In this document: positions 15,601 through 27,156 of the stretch, piece after piece | Layout: each line of letters begins with the position of its first letter | How positions within the stretch are numbered: position 1 is the stretch's first letter | Assembly (NCBI GenBank): GCA_004284765.1 | Contig: NQJD01000004.1 | Location: forward strand, 1 to 32,000 | Origin: Candidatus Electronema aureum | GTDB lineage: Bacteria; Desulfobacterota; Desulfobulbia; Desulfobulbales; Desulfobulbaceae | Reading direction: 5' to 3' | DNA: 32,000 nucleotides | Translations under genes and position numbers: made by a program | Notes under the pieces: generated by a model | The model's database searches: none | The model's input: the letters and a program-made list of their open reading frames with translations, nothing else | Told to the model about the DNA's origin: nothing

Positions 15601-17463
15601 TTAAAACAGAAGAACAGAAAGGGGCAAGAGGCAATGGCTGTACATGTTTTGCGGATCGCCTTGGAAGAGAAAATTATACTGAAGGGTGAGACGGTTGATG
15701 AACTGCCCAGCGCGAGTCAGCAGCGGCGAAGAAGCACCGAGTGGTAAGGCTGTCCGAGTAGAATGCAGACTGCGCAGCAGCAACTCCGCCGAACTTTCCT
15801 CTTTCTCGACGTAAGAGGCTCTATCTGCTGGCAGTCCGACCATTTCTGCCGCAGCGGCCACCGCATCTTCAAGGCTCCCCAGCTTGTCCGTCAAGCCCAG
15901 TTCAAAGGCAGCGGCTCCGTCCCATATCCGACCTCCGGCAATTTTCTCCACGTCTTCCCGGTTCATTTTCCGTCCGTTCGCGACGATATCGATGAAGCGG
16001 CGGTAGCCTAATTCAATCTGCGACTGCATGGCCCGACTGAAGGCTTCCGGCAGAGGCCGAACAATGCTCCCGGCTCCGGCCAAATCAGTAGTGCCAATGC
16101 CGTCACTGAAAATACCTGCCTTGGCTATGGTTTTTTCTAAGGTAGGAAAAGCTCCGAAAATGCCAATCGAACCAGTGATGGTGTAGGGTGAGGCAAAAAC
16201 TCGGTCTGCATCAGCAGCGATCCAATAGCCACCAGAAGCGGCAGCGGAACCCATTGAAATCACGATGGGTTTCCCCGCTTTTCGAGTGAGCAGCAGCTCC
16301 TGCCGGATCACCTCTGAAGCAAAGGCACTGCCGCCACCGCTGTCGATGCGCAGCACCACTGCCTTGACATGCGTGTCTTTACGCAGCTTACGGAGCTGAC
16401 TGGCTACATCACCGGAACCAATTTGTCCCTCGTCGCCTTCGCCATAGACAATATTGCCCTGCGCAGTCAGGATAGCAATCCGATCTTGGTTCGCTAACGG
16501 CTTGCTGTAGCTGCTGCCAACAGCATTGAGATAATCAGCGAAATCAATTTGCTTGAATCCCTCTTCGTCTTTGTCGCTGTCGCCAACCAAGCTCCGCAGG
16601 TAGTCACGCAGTTCTGCTTGGGTTTTCAGGCCGTCAACCAGCTTGCTGTTCTGGGCCATCAGCGCAGAATCGCCACCAGCTGCCTCCATGTTTTCGGCCA
16701 GCCGGTTGACCGCATCGTTCAGAGTCTGCGGTGAAATACGCCTCTGTGCGGCAATATCTCGGCAGTAGCCCTCCCACATGCTGGTCAGCCAGCGGCGGTT
16801 ATTCTCCTTCGCTTCAGGGGACATATCCTTGCGGAGCAACGGTTCGACCGCAGCTTTGAAATCCCCGACCCGGAAAATGTGGAAGGTAATTTCTAATTTA
16901 TCTAAGAGTTCACGCAGGTAAAGATTGAAGATGCCGAAGCCTTGCAAATCAACGGAACCCATCGGATTGAGGTAGATTTCATCGCTCCACGCCGCCAAAT
17001 AATACTGACCTTGGCTGTATGTGTCAGCAGTGGCGATCACTCGTTTGCCCGTGGCCCGGAACTGCTGCACAGCTTGGCCGATGTCTCGCAACTGATTGAG
17101 ACCGGCCTGTTCAAGTCGATCTGGGGCAATAACCAAGAGCTTGATCCGCTGATCGTTCGCTGCGGCCCTTATGCCACTGATGATGTCTTGAAGCAGCAGT
17201 TCTTTTTTTTCTGGAGTCCGATTAAGCAGACTAACGATCTCTTTAGCAGGATTAAGCGGCGGTCTTTTTTCGAGAATACTGCCGTGCGGGGCCAACACCA
17301 AAGCGGAGCCGTTGGGTACAATGATTGGTTGCGCTTGGCGGTACAGAGAAGATGCGCCGAAAATGAGCACGAGAAAAAAAAGCAGAAAACAGCCAGTGAA
17401 GACGATGCTGCCAGCGGCTGCAATCCTCCACAGCCAGCGGCAAACTACAGAGAGTCGTTGCAA
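15601..17463 (-). CDS. sppA: Signal peptide peptidase SppA, 67K type (two tandem S49 domains)
   Basis: 620 aa with an N-terminal TM segment (CRWLWRIAAAGSIVFTGCFLLFFLVLIF). Two ClpP/crotonase-like halves; the second carries VVLRIDSGGGSAFASE and SMGSAAASGGYWIA. The start is an unusual TTG at 17463 with no SD, so the start is uncertain. Confidence 0.9.
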   Translation of the reverse strand: MQRLSVVCRWLWRIAAAGSIVFTGCFLLFFLVLIFGASSLYRQAQPIIVPNGSALVLAPHGSILEKRPPLNPAKEIVSLLNRTPEKKELLLQDIISGIRAAANDQRIKLLVIAPDRLEQAGLNQLRDIGQAVQQFRATGKRVIATADTYSQGQYYLAAWSDEIYLNPMGSVDLQGFGIFNLYLRELLDKLEITFHIFRVGDFKAAVEPLLRKDMSPEAKENNRRWLTSMWEGYCRDIAAQRRISPQTLNDAVNRLAENMEAAGGDSALMAQNSKLVDGLKTQAELRDYLRSLVGDSDKDEEGFKQIDFADYLNAVGSSYSKPLANQDRIAILTAQGNIVYGEGDEGQIGSGDVASQLRKLRKDTHVKAVVLRIDSGGGSAFASEVIRQELLLTRKAGKPIVISMGSAAASGGYWIAADADRVFASPYTITGSIGIFGAFPTLEKTIAKAGIFSDGIGTTDLAGAGSIVRPLPEAFSRAMQSQIELGYRRFIDIVANGRKMNREDVEKIAGGRIWDGAAAFELGLTDKLGSLEDAVAAAAEMVGLPADRASYVEKEESSAELLLRSLHSTRTALPLGASSPLLTRAGQFINRLTLQYNFLFQGDPQNMYSHCLLPLSVLLF

Positions 17464-17576
17464 GGAAGTGTCAGGAGAAAAAAATTGCGGCGACCTGCTG
17501 CGGACGGCGGTCTACCGGGATGTTTATTGCGGAACAGCGGCAAAACCGTTGCTCTTTGTCCTTCTGCTGCCGCAGC

Positions 17577-17936
17577 TCAGTCCAAGTATTTACGCACCGC
17601 TGCTTTTAAGTCTGCGGTGTTAGCTGATTTTACGATGTACTCGTCCGAAGCCCATGCCCCAAAATCTTGCTTGTATTCAGGATAAGCAGAACTAAGGATG
17701 ACCGGCAGTGAAGCGTTGATGCTCTTCATCTGGCGCAGCACTTCAATACCGTTCATGCCCGGCATGTTGATGTCGAGAATGACCAAGTCCGGCGGCGCAG
17801 CCTCAAATTGCCGCAGAGCCAATTCTCCGTTCATGGCCGTTTCCACAGCAAAGCCCTCCTCTTCCAGCTCTTCTTTGTAGAGGAACAGGATGACTTCCTC
17901 ATCATCAACGATCAGAACTTTTTTTTTGCTTTCCAC
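17577..17936 (-). CDS. Single-domain response regulator (CheY-like receiver)
   Basis: KVLIVDDEE, LVILDINMPGMNG and SSAYP receiver motifs. I trimmed the start to the GTG at 17936, because AGGAGG lies 5 nt upstream and immediately follows the galT-like TAA (17950-17952). Confidence 0.85.
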   Translation of the reverse strand: MESKKKVLIVDDEEVILFLYKEELEEEGFAVETAMNGELALRQFEAAPPDLVILDINMPGMNGIEVLRQMKSINASLPVILSSAYPEYKQDFGAWASDEYIVKSANTADLKAAVRKYLD

Positions 17937-17949
17937 GGCAGCCTCCTGT

Positions 17950-18951
17950 TTACAATTGCATGTCACGGAGATAACGGCAGGCATCTTCCGGCGGCATGGG
18001 GTTGATGTAAAAGCCGGTACCCCACTCAAAACCGGCGATGCTCGTCAGCTTGGGCACAATTTCAAAATGCCAGTGATAATGTTCCAATGGTCTGGAACGG
18101 AGCGGCTGAGTATGCAGGATAAAGTTGTAGGGAATGCCGGGGATGCAGGTATCCAGCCGTCGCAGGGTCTCGGAAAAAATATGGGCCAAGTCAGAAAGCG
18201 AAGCCTCATCCTGCTCAATATAGGAGGAATTGTGCTTCTTTGGCAGCACCCACATCTCGAAAGGAGTGCGCGGGGCAAAGGGAGTCAGGGTGACAAAGCG
18301 GCTGTTTTCGCAAACTAAACGCACTTTCTGCTGCACCTCCTGCCGGATGATGTCGCAGAACACGCAGCGGTCTTTGTAACTGTAGTATTGCCTGCTCCCT
18401 TCCAACTCCGAAACCAGCATTCTCGGCATTACCGGCAAAGCAACGAGCTGAGAATGGGAATGCTCTAGTGAGGCTCCGGCGGCTTTACCATTGTTTTTGA
18501 ACACCATGACATAAGTAAAGCGCTCATCTTTGGACAGATCGGCTATGCGCTCTTTGAAGGCCCGGAAGGTGAGCAGCATTTGGTCATGGGGCAGGAAGCT
18601 GAAACTGGCCGCATGATCCGGGCTTTCAATCACCACCTCGTGAGCACCGATGCCGTTCATGCGGTCATACAGCCCCTCGCCCTGCTTGTCTAGCTCGCCT
18701 TCGATGACCAAAGCCGGATATTTGTTCGGCACCACGCGCAATTGCCAACCTGGCGAATTCGGCGGCATACCATAACCACGGCCATAGACTAACACTTCCG
18801 GCGGCGTAGTTCGCTCATTTTCTGGGCAGAGTGGGCAAAAACCGCCCTGTGACTCATGGCAATCGACCACAAAATCTGAGGGTCGCTTACTCCGCTCCAT
18901 AGCGATGATAATCCAACGTCCAAGGATCGGGTCTTTCCGCAGCTCAGGCAT
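17950..18951 (-). CDS. galT: Galactose-1-phosphate uridylyltransferase-like HIT-family nucleotidyltransferase
   Basis: MPELRKDPILGRWIIIA N-terminus, a CPLCPENE zinc motif and the HSHSQ (HxHxQ) active-site motif. This is the short (333 aa) form common in anaerobes. The true substrate could differ, for example an ADP-glucose phosphorylase type. Confidence 0.8.
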   Translation of the reverse strand: MPELRKDPILGRWIIIAMERSKRPSDFVVDCHESQGGFCPLCPENERTTPPEVLVYGRGYGMPPNSPGWQLRVVPNKYPALVIEGELDKQGEGLYDRMNGIGAHEVVIESPDHAASFSFLPHDQMLLTFRAFKERIADLSKDERFTYVMVFKNNGKAAGASLEHSHSQLVALPVMPRMLVSELEGSRQYYSYKDRCVFCDIIRQEVQQKVRLVCENSRFVTLTPFAPRTPFEMWVLPKKHNSSYIEQDEASLSDLAHIFSETLRRLDTCIPGIPYNFILHTQPLRSRPLEHYHWHFEIVPKLTSIAGFEWGTGFYINPMPPEDACRYLRDMQL

Positions 18952-18957
18952 TTTTTG

Positions 18958-19320
18958 TCATCTTCCTATATTTCTTTCCCGCTGCTCCTGCTTAATTTTG
19001 CAGTCAATGCAATGGGTTGCGACCGGCCTCGCCTCCAGCCGCTTGATACCAATCTCTTCCTCACATTCCTCGCAGATACCGTAGGTACCGCTGTCAATTC
19101 GGGTAATAGCTTGGTTGATTTTGTCCAAGAGCTGCTGCTCCCTGCCACGCAGGCGTAGCTCAAAGCTGCGATCAGATTCCAGCGTAGCCCGATCGGTGAT
19201 GTCCGGGGTGTTGAACTGATGATCAGTCATCTCGGAAATCGTCTGTTCAACATCGGAGACGATCTCGCTCTTCATATCTTCAAGCAATACTCTGAATTTC
19301 TGCAATTGTTCGCTGTTCAT
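18958..19320 (-). CDS. dksA: DksA/TraR-family C4 zinc-finger protein
   Basis: 120 aa with a coiled-coil N-terminal half and [26 protein letters not shown] (CxxC-N17-CxxC). The ATG overlaps the moaC stop (ATGA). Confidence 0.85.
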   Translation of the reverse strand: MNSEQLQKFRVLLEDMKSEIVSDVEQTISEMTDHQFNTPDITDRATLESDRSFELRLRGREQQLLDKINQAITRIDSGTYGICEECEEEIGIKRLEARPVATHCIDCKIKQEQRERNIGR

Positions 19321-19829
19321 GGTCTCTTGGTCTCGGTGTTCCGGTCGTCACTTTCTGCTGGGCGGCTGAAATCACCGCTCCTGCCGCCGCTTTTTTTCAT
19401 CAATCGGATTTGAGAAATTTCCATTCCCTTATCCACAGCTTTGCACATGTCGTAAATTGTCAGGGCGGCCACGGAAACTGCGGTCAACGCCTCCATTTCC
19501 ACTCCAGTTTTGCCGGTGATGCGGACAGATGCCTCAATGCGGATGCTGTGCCGTTCGTCATCAAAAAAGAAAGTCACTTCTGCCCCGCTGATTGCCAAAG
19601 GATGACAGAGTGGAATTAAGGCGGAAGTCTGCTTGGTCGCCATGATTCCAGCTATACGGGCCACACCCAGCACGTCACCCTTTTTCATTGCCCCAGCTTT
19701 GACCATTTCATAGGCTACCGGAAGCAGTGAAATCTGGCCTTCCGCGACCGCAACCCGCTCGGTCTCCGCCTTGGCTCCCACATCGACCATCCAAGCCTGG
19801 CCTGCCTCGTCAAAATGGCTGAACTGCAT
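19317..19829 (-). CDS. moaC: Cyclic pyranopterin monophosphate synthase MoaC
   Basis: [57 protein letters not shown] and [23 protein letters not shown] are MoaC hallmarks. Confidence 0.93.
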   Translation of the reverse strand: MQFSHFDEAGQAWMVDVGAKAETERVAVAEGQISLLPVAYEMVKAGAMKKGDVLGVARIAGIMATKQTSALIPLCHPLAISGAEVTFFFDDERHSIRIEASVRITGKTGVEMEALTAVSVAALTIYDMCKAVDKGMEISQIRLMKKSGGRSGDFSRPAESDDRNTETKRP

Positions 19830-19834
19830 CGTCC

Positions 19835-20962
19835 TCAGTGCTGCTGCTCTTTATCCCGGCCTTTGAAGCTGCCGAACATTTTCGCGAAGAAACCTTCTTC
19901 CTCGTCCTGGCAGTGGCCGTCAAACTCCTGAAGCAGCTCTTTTTGCTTACTGGTCAGGTTGATCGGGGTCTGTACTTGGACTTCAACGATCATGTCACCC
20001 GGAGTGTGTCCTCGGAGACCAATGATGCCCTCACCGCGCAGGGTAAAATGCTCACCAGACTGAGTGCCAGACTTAATCTTCAGCTTGGCTGTGCCGTTGA
20101 CTGTGGGTACATCGACCTCGCAGCCCAAGGCTGCCTTGACCATTGAGACTGGATAGCGGAGATAAATCGTTTGCCCATCTCGGACGAAATACTCGTGGTC
20201 TTTAACATGAATCACCACGTAGAGATCACCGGAAGAACCACCCCGCCGACCACCCTCACCTTCGCCAGTCAGCCGCATCCGCGAGCCAGTATCAACGCCT
20301 GCGGGAATCTTGAGCATGACCTTTTTCTTTTTACTCACCAAGCCTTCGCCGTGACAATCACCACAAGGGTCGGACACGGTTTGGCCTGTACCCCGACAGT
20401 GCGGACAGGTCGAGCTGACCTGGAAAAAGCCCTGCGAGCGGATTACTTCGCCCCGGCCTTTACAGGTTGAGCAAGTCTGCGGACTGCTGCCTGGCCGTGC
20501 GCCTGAGCCTTCACACGTCCAGCAGGTTTCACGCTTTTCGAGCTCAACTTCCTTCTCCACCCCGTGGGCGGCATCCATGAAGGAGATTTCCAGATCGTAA
20601 CGCAGGTCATTACCGTGCGCTGGCGCGTTAGGATTACGCTGTTGCGCCCGCCCGTTGAAACCACCAAAGATGCCACCGAACATTTCGTTGATGTGAGAAA
20701 AAATATCACTCGCATCACGAGGGCCAGAATAGCCCGTGTTCTTCAGGCCATCGTGGCCGTAGGCATCATAAATCTGCCGCTTTTTTGTATCGCTGAGGAC
20801 TTCGTATGCCTCAGCCGCTTCTTTGAAGCGGGCTTCAGCCTCTTTGTCGCCCGGATTGCGGTCCGGGTGATACTTCATGGCGTGCTTCCGATATGCCTTC
20901 TTTATGACCTCCCCGTCCGCATTCTTGGGGACTTCGAGGATTTCATAATAATCTTTACTCAT
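19835..20962 (-). CDS. dnaJ: Molecular chaperone DnaJ
   Basis: J-domain (DYYEILEV...YHPDRNPGD), a G/F region, and four CxxCxGxG zinc motifs ([32 protein letters not shown]). Confidence 0.96.
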   Translation of the reverse strand: MSKDYYEILEVPKNADGEVIKKAYRKHAMKYHPDRNPGDKEAEARFKEAAEAYEVLSDTKKRQIYDAYGHDGLKNTGYSGPRDASDIFSHINEMFGGIFGGFNGRAQQRNPNAPAHGNDLRYDLEISFMDAAHGVEKEVELEKRETCWTCEGSGARPGSSPQTCSTCKGRGEVIRSQGFFQVSSTCPHCRGTGQTVSDPCGDCHGEGLVSKKKKVMLKIPAGVDTGSRMRLTGEGEGGRRGGSSGDLYVVIHVKDHEYFVRDGQTIYLRYPVSMVKAALGCEVDVPTVNGTAKLKIKSGTQSGEHFTLRGEGIIGLRGHTPGDMIVEVQVQTPINLTSKQKELLQEFDGHCQDEEEGFFAKMFGSFKGRDKEQQH

Positions 20963-20985
20963 ATTCTGCGTCTGCTCGTCTAAGT

Positions 20986-21240
20986 CTATTCGCCTTTGCT
21001 GTCGCGCTCAACCGCTTCCCGTGCCCGACGTTGGGCTGGTAAGTCTTTGATATTGCCGAAGGTAACTTTGCCAGACGCGATTTCCCGCAGGGTCATGACG
21101 ACTTCTTTATTTTTGCCACCGACCAAAAACGGCTCTCCTTGGCGATGCTGGCGAATACGTTCCACCGCCAGATGAACCAAAGCAAAACGGTTGTCGTCAC
21201 CAACTTGGTCGAGACAATCTTCAACAGTAATACGAGCCAT
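20986..21240 (-). CDS. rpoZ: DNA-directed RNA polymerase subunit omega
   Basis: [31 protein letters not shown] is the canonical RpoZ N-terminus; 84 aa. Confidence 0.9.
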   Translation of the reverse strand: MARITVEDCLDQVGDDNRFALVHLAVERIRQHRQGEPFLVGGKNKEVVMTLREIASGKVTFGNIKDLPAQRRAREAVERDSKGE

Positions 21241-21332
21241 ATAAATCTCCTCAGAACGATGCTCGCCGCAGCGCAGCTGACACTCTGTGTGTGTATAATA
21301 TCTGCTTTTGCAGCGAATGTGAAATCGAAAAA

Positions 21333-22763
<1,431 letters not shown>

Positions 22764-23020
22764 TTACAAGGCGCATGGAGTTGCGCTGAAAAGAGGGCAG
22801 GCTAAGGGCGTGAAGAATATTTTTGACGTTCGGCGGTACAAGCAAGCCTACCTCAGTATTCGTCAATTAGATTCGATTTGAGAGAAATATGCCTAATAGT
22901 GCTGATCAGCGCAAGAACAGCACTATACTTCGCACGTTCGTGAAACACTTGAATCAGCAGCGGAGAATTTGCTTTTTGCTATCGGTAAAACCTAATATGG
23001 AGTGACTAAGGTGTAGATAT

Positions 23021-23041
23021 CCCCAGCTCAAAAAGCTGGGG
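23021..23041 (-). terminator. Hairpin downstream of the IHF gene
   Basis: ccccagc (23021-23027) pairs with gctgggg (35-41), 20 nt after the stop at 23062. There is no clear U-tract after the stem on the minus strand, so function is uncertain. Confidence 0.35.
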
Positions 23042-23061
23042 GTAATACTTCGGCAGAATCT

Positions 23062-23352
23062 TTACTCGCCGCTGTTGATCTTGCTGCGCAGTATACCCGA
23101 TGGTTTGAAGGTAACTACCCTTCTGGCATCCAAAATCAGCTCGTCGCCGGTCTGTGGATTACGCCCGCGTCGAGGTTTTTTGTCCTTCACATTGAACTTA
23201 CCAAAGCCGCTGAGGAGTAAATCCTCACCCTTGATCAGGGATTCTTTGACCAAGTGGATGAAGGTCTCCACTGAGTCGGCGGCTTGGGTTTTGGTCAGGC
23301 TAGGGTGTTTTTTATAAACCGCTTGAATGAGATTTGCCTTTGTCAGGGTCAT
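23062..23352 (-). CDS. ihfA: Integration host factor subunit, alpha-like (HU/IHF family)
   Basis: LSGFGKFNVKDKKPRRGRNPQTGDELILDARRVVTFKPS matches the IHF beta-arm region. The ARRVVTF signature resembles the alpha subunit. 96 aa. Confidence 0.85.
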   Translation of the reverse strand: MTLTKANLIQAVYKKHPSLTKTQAADSVETFIHLVKESLIKGEDLLLSGFGKFNVKDKKPRRGRNPQTGDELILDARRVVTFKPSGILRSKINSGE

Positions 23353-23401
23353 TGTCTGTTCCTCTACTCTGTGTTGATGATCTATGTTGAGTTCAACCTA
23401 C

Positions 23402-23430
23402 TATATAAGAAAAATAAAAGATAATGTCAA
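23402..23430 (-). promoter_or_regulatory. Sigma70-type promoter for the IHF gene
   Basis: The minus strand reads TTGACA (23430-23425), a 17-nt spacer, then TATATA (23407-23402), in the 98-bp gap between pilC and the IHF gene. Confidence 0.55.
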
Positions 23431-23450
23431 TCATTATCAAAACAGAGCTA

Positions 23451-24656
23451 TTAGATAGCATCCGCCATAGTGAAGATAGGCAAATACATGGCCACAACAA
23501 GGCCGCCGATCATGCCGCCGAGAAAGACCATCATGAAGGGTTCGATCATCGCGGTAAGGTTTTCCACCGCTTGATCCACTTCCTCGTCATAGAAATCGGC
23601 AATCTTAGACAGCATGGAATCCAAGGCACCAACCGACTCGCCGACGTTGATCATCTGTACAACCATGTTGGGAAATACGCCCGATTCTTCTAATGGCTCG
23701 GCGATGGGACGACCTTCAGCAATAGAGTTGGCAATATGAAACACTGCCTGCTCGATGACCTTGTTACCCGCAGTTTTAGCCACTACTTGTAGGGCATCCA
23801 AAATTGGCACGCCACTCTCCAGCATCGTGCTGAGAGTACGAGTGAATTTAGCCACTGCTACTTTGCGGATCAACACTCCCGCTACTGGCGCATGAAGCAG
23901 CAAGCCGTCAACTTTCAGTCTGCCTTTTTCCGTGGCATAATATTTTTTAAAAAGAAAGCTGACAAAAAATCCAGCCATGATGATATAGAGAAAATTTGCT
24001 TTGGCAAATTCACTCATGTCAACGACAATCTGAGTCGGCACAGGCAGCGCACCACCCATGCTTTTGAACATCTCCTGAAAGACAGGAATAACAAAAATCA
24101 AAATAACCGACAAAATAAGAATAGAGATACCAAGACAGATCACTGGATAGGTCATGGCACCTTTAATTTTTCTCTGTAGGGCCATGGATTTTTCTTTGAA
24201 TGCAGCCAGCCGCGAGAGGATAGTATCCAAAATGCCGCCTATCTCGCCCGCCTCAATCATATTCGCAAACAGGGAGTCGAAAACTTTTGGATGTTTCCGC
24301 ATACCATCAGCAAGAGTCATACCCGTCTCGACATCAGTGAGAATTTCTGCCAATGCTCGCTTGAAGCTGGGATTATCCTGCTGTTTGGAGAGAATCTGGA
24401 GGCTTTGCACTAAGGGCAGACCGGCATCAATCATGGTAGATAGCTGCCGAGTAAAAATGACGATGTCTTTACCTGTGACCTTAGGCTGAAGGAAGGCCAC
24501 GTTGGCAAACATATCCTTGGGTTTTTCCTTCACCGTTGGATTTTGGATGCGCAGTCGCTTCAGTTGAGAAAGCACACCTGCCTCATTGACCGCTTCTATT
24601 TCGCCCTTGATCTTGTTGCCGAGGGAATTCTTCCCTTTCCAGACGTAAACAGGCAT
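23451..24656 (-). CDS. pilC: Type IV pilus assembly platform protein PilC (GspF family)
   Basis: 401 aa with two T2SSF repeats (FTRQLSTMIDAGLPLVQSL and FTRTLSTMLESGVPILDAL), three TM regions, and the typical MPVYVWKGKN N-terminus. Confidence 0.92.
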   Translation of the reverse strand: MPVYVWKGKNSLGNKIKGEIEAVNEAGVLSQLKRLRIQNPTVKEKPKDMFANVAFLQPKVTGKDIVIFTRQLSTMIDAGLPLVQSLQILSKQQDNPSFKRALAEILTDVETGMTLADGMRKHPKVFDSLFANMIEAGEIGGILDTILSRLAAFKEKSMALQRKIKGAMTYPVICLGISILILSVILIFVIPVFQEMFKSMGGALPVPTQIVVDMSEFAKANFLYIIMAGFFVSFLFKKYYATEKGRLKVDGLLLHAPVAGVLIRKVAVAKFTRTLSTMLESGVPILDALQVVAKTAGNKVIEQAVFHIANSIAEGRPIAEPLEESGVFPNMVVQMINVGESVGALDSMLSKIADFYDEEVDQAVENLTAMIEPFMMVFLGGMIGGLVVAMYLPIFTMADAI

Positions 24657-24704
24657 CGTTCAGACTCCAGTGATATTTTTAAGCGGAAAATACCGGATAA
24701 ACAG

Positions 24705-24733
24705 TTGACAGCCGCCGCAATACCATTTATAAA
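24705..24733 (+). promoter_or_regulatory. Sigma70-type promoter for the PxxKW gene
   Basis: TTGACA (24705-24710), a 17-nt spacer, then TATAAA (24728-24733), about 90 nt upstream of the ATG at 24822. Confidence 0.5.
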
Positions 24734-24821
24734 ACAGCAGCTTCACGCAATCTGTTTCATTGTATGCAAGATTTCTTTCCAATTCAAGGAAAACTTTATA
24801 TTTTTTCAGGAGGTTCGCAGA

Positions 24822-25073
24822 ATGCAGACCAGCAGCGCAGGAAAATATAGCTCCGGCAGCTTTCAGCCGATCATCGAGAAATGCAGCGGCTGTGACCGAG
24901 TTGTTGCGGAAAACAGCAGCCAGTATTGCGGAACATTCATGAATCCTTCAGCAAAATGGCGTTTGGGTTTCTGTAATTTGGCCACCCACGCCAAACCAGA
25001 GATCAAGGTTGTGACGGTGAAAGTTAACCCGCTGAAGGCCGCAAAACGGGCTTCTGGCCGTAAAAAGAAATAA
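24822..25073 (+). CDS. PxxKW-family small cysteine-rich protein
   Basis: 83 aa: CSGCDRVV...YCGTFMNPSAKWRLGFCNLATH contains the PxxKW motif and 4 Cys, followed by a basic tail. caggagg lies 8 nt upstream. I trimmed the start from the 24543 track ORF, which overlaps the pilC start. Confidence 0.75.
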   Translation: MQTSSAGKYSSGSFQPIIEKCSGCDRVVAENSSQYCGTFMNPSAKWRLGFCNLATHAKPEIKVVTVKVNPLKAAKRASGRKKK

Positions 25074-25122
25074 GCCGTTGCGGGGGTTAGTCAATTCTCG
25101 ACCACCCCCCACATCGTTATTT

Positions 25123-26433
25123 TTATTTTCTCCCCACCCCGATATAGCGGAAGCCCGCAGCCTTCATGACCGTTGGCTCATAGACGTTGCGCAGATCGAT
25201 AAAGACTGGCTCGTTCATCGCTTTTTTGATTCTGTCCATATCTAAGGCGCGGTACTGATTCCACTCGGTCATCAGCACCACCGCATCCGCTCCTTCACAG
25301 GCCGCGTAGGCGTTTTCAGCATATTCAATGCCTTCAGGCAGATATTTTCTCGCTTCATCCATACCTTTTGGATCATGGGCGTAAATTTTTGCTCCTTTCT
25401 CCAACAGCGCAGGCAGAATGGTAATTGCCGGGGCATCACGCATGTCGTCGGTTTCTGGCTTGAACGTTAGGCCAAGCACTGCGATGGTTTTGCCAGCCTC
25501 AGAGCCACCCATTGCATCGCGAATTTTTTTAACCATCCGAGCCTTCTGAGCAGAATTTACCTCCACTGCCGCCTCAACAATCCGCAGACTTTCCCCGTAT
25601 TCCTGCACTAAGCGCATCAAGGCTAAGGTATCTTTAGGAAAACAAGAACCACCGTAGCCAGGGCCAGGATGTAGAAATTTGCTGCCAATTCTGCCGTCCA
25701 TGCCGATGCCCTTGGCTAAGGCGGCAACATCTGCCCCAACCGCCTCGCAAACTGAAGCGATCTCATTGATAAAACTAATTTTGACGGCAAGAAAAGCGTT
25801 GGCGGCGTATTTAGTCAGCTCGGCAGTTTCGATGCTGGTGCTAACAATCGGAGTTTCCCGCAAAAACAGCGGCTTGTAGATTTCCCGGAGCAGCTGTTCC
25901 GACCGCTCAGAATCTACGCCAATCACCACACGATCTGGGCGCATAAAATCAGCAATAGCCGCGCCCTCACGGAGAAATTCAGGATTAGAAGCCACGTCGA
26001 AATCTGCCTGCGGATTTGCCTCGCGAATGATCCGAGCCACTTGCCGTGCCGTGCCTACCGGGACCGTGCTTTTATCAATAATCACGGTATAATCGCGCAG
26101 ACAGGAAGCTATTTCCTTGGCAGCCGCGTAAATGTAACTCAGGTCGGCATAACCATCACCGCGCCGAGATGAAGGCGTACCCACGGCGATAAACACCGCC
26201 TCCGCTTCTGGTACAGCCTCTTCCAGCTTGGTGGTGAACTGTAGCCGTCCTTCAGCAACATTTTTCGCCACCATTACATCTAAGCCCGGCTCGTAGATCG
26301 GGATTTTTCCCTGCCGTAGCCGCTCGATCTTCTCATCGATCTTATCAACACAGACCACATCATGACCGAACTCGGCAAAACAAGTGCCGGTGACTAAGCC
26401 GACATAGCCAGTGCCGATTATTGCTATTTTCAT
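25123..26433 (-). CDS. ugd: UDP-glucose 6-dehydrogenase
   Basis: MKIAIIGTGYVGLVTGTCFAEFGHDVVCVD Rossmann N-terminus, GGSCFPKD catalytic Cys motif, and a C-terminal UDP-binding domain; 436 aa. Confidence 0.93.
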   Translation of the reverse strand: MKIAIIGTGYVGLVTGTCFAEFGHDVVCVDKIDEKIERLRQGKIPIYEPGLDVMVAKNVAEGRLQFTTKLEEAVPEAEAVFIAVGTPSSRRGDGYADLSYIYAAAKEIASCLRDYTVIIDKSTVPVGTARQVARIIREANPQADFDVASNPEFLREGAAIADFMRPDRVVIGVDSERSEQLLREIYKPLFLRETPIVSTSIETAELTKYAANAFLAVKISFINEIASVCEAVGADVAALAKGIGMDGRIGSKFLHPGPGYGGSCFPKDTLALMRLVQEYGESLRIVEAAVEVNSAQKARMVKKIRDAMGGSEAGKTIAVLGLTFKPETDDMRDAPAITILPALLEKGAKIYAHDPKGMDEARKYLPEGIEYAENAYAACEGADAVVLMTEWNQYRALDMDRIKKAMNEPVFIDLRNVYEPTVMKAAGFRYIGVGRK

Positions 26434-26466
26434 ATTCTTCCTTTATGTTGAGATACGTTGAGAATG

Positions 26467-27156
26467 CTACTGCGTTCTCTCTCCAAAAATCGCTGTGCCG
26501 ATGCGAATCAGCGTTGCACCTTCTTCAATGGCAACTATATAATCTCCCGATAAACCCATTGACAATTCCACTGCATTGTTATCATAAAATAAGCCTTCGT
26601 CAGCTAAATGTAAGGCTAATTGCTTCAAAGCACGGAACCAAGGACGGCTTTCTTCCGGCTCGCGACCGTAAGGCGGCATAGTCATCAAACCACGAACACG
26701 TAAGCAAGCAAGCGACTGCATCTCACGGAGCAATTCCTCGGCATTCTCCGGCATTACCCCATATTTCTGTCGCTCGCGGCCCACATTGACTTGAATCAGC
26801 ACGTCAAGTTGCTTATTGAGCCGCGCTGCGTTGCTGTCCAAAGCAACAGCGATTTTCAGCCGGTCAACAGTTTGGATGACATGAAATAATTCCGCTGCGA
26901 CTGCCGCCTTATTACTTTGCAAATGACCAATAAAATGGCATTGCAACGCATCATCTATCTGCGTAATTTTACCTGTCGCCTCTTGGAGATAGCTTTCTCC
27001 AAAAATAACTTGGCCATATTGACTGGCAGCAGCTATTTTTGTAGCAGAAACATGCTTTGACACCGCCACAATGTTGATTGAGTTAGGATTTCTGCCGCAG
27101 CGTAGTGCGGTTTCATGAACAGTTGCTCGGATACGCTCAAGATTATCGCAGATCAT
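26467..27156 (-). CDS. yggS: YggS-family pyridoxal-phosphate-binding protein
   Basis: NIVAVSKHVS (the PLP lysine), HFIGHLQSNK, and LSMGLSGDY...GATLIRIGTAIFG are YggS/PROSC hallmarks; 229 aa. Confidence 0.9.
   Translation of the reverse strand: MICDNLERIRATVHETALRCGRNPNSINIVAVSKHVSATKIAAASQYGQVIFGESYLQEATGKITQIDDALQCHFIGHLQSNKAAVAAELFHVIQTVDRLKIAVALDSNAARLNKQLDVLIQVNVGRERQKYGVMPENAEELLREMQSLACLRVRGLMTMPPYGREPEESRPWFRALKQLALHLADEGLFYDNNAVELSMGLSGDYIVAIEEGATLIRIGTAIFGERTQ

Noticed and set aside
17464-17576. Terminator between the response regulator and sppA (GC-rich stretch followed by a T7 run on the minus strand)
   Set aside because: I could not find a convincing intramolecular inverted repeat preceding the T-run.
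16942-17685. 247-aa plus-strand ORF
   Set aside because: It is antisense to the well-supported sppA gene and has no recognisable motifs.
19317-19320. A 4-nt overlap between moaC and the dksA-like gene as a functional link
   Set aside because: ATGA overlaps are routine operon packing in this window, with six or more examples. Nothing in the sequence suggests a specific functional coupling.
24543-24821. Upstream extension of the PxxKW ORF
   Set aside because: It overlaps the pilC start and its own predicted promoter. The ATG at 24822 has a strong SD.
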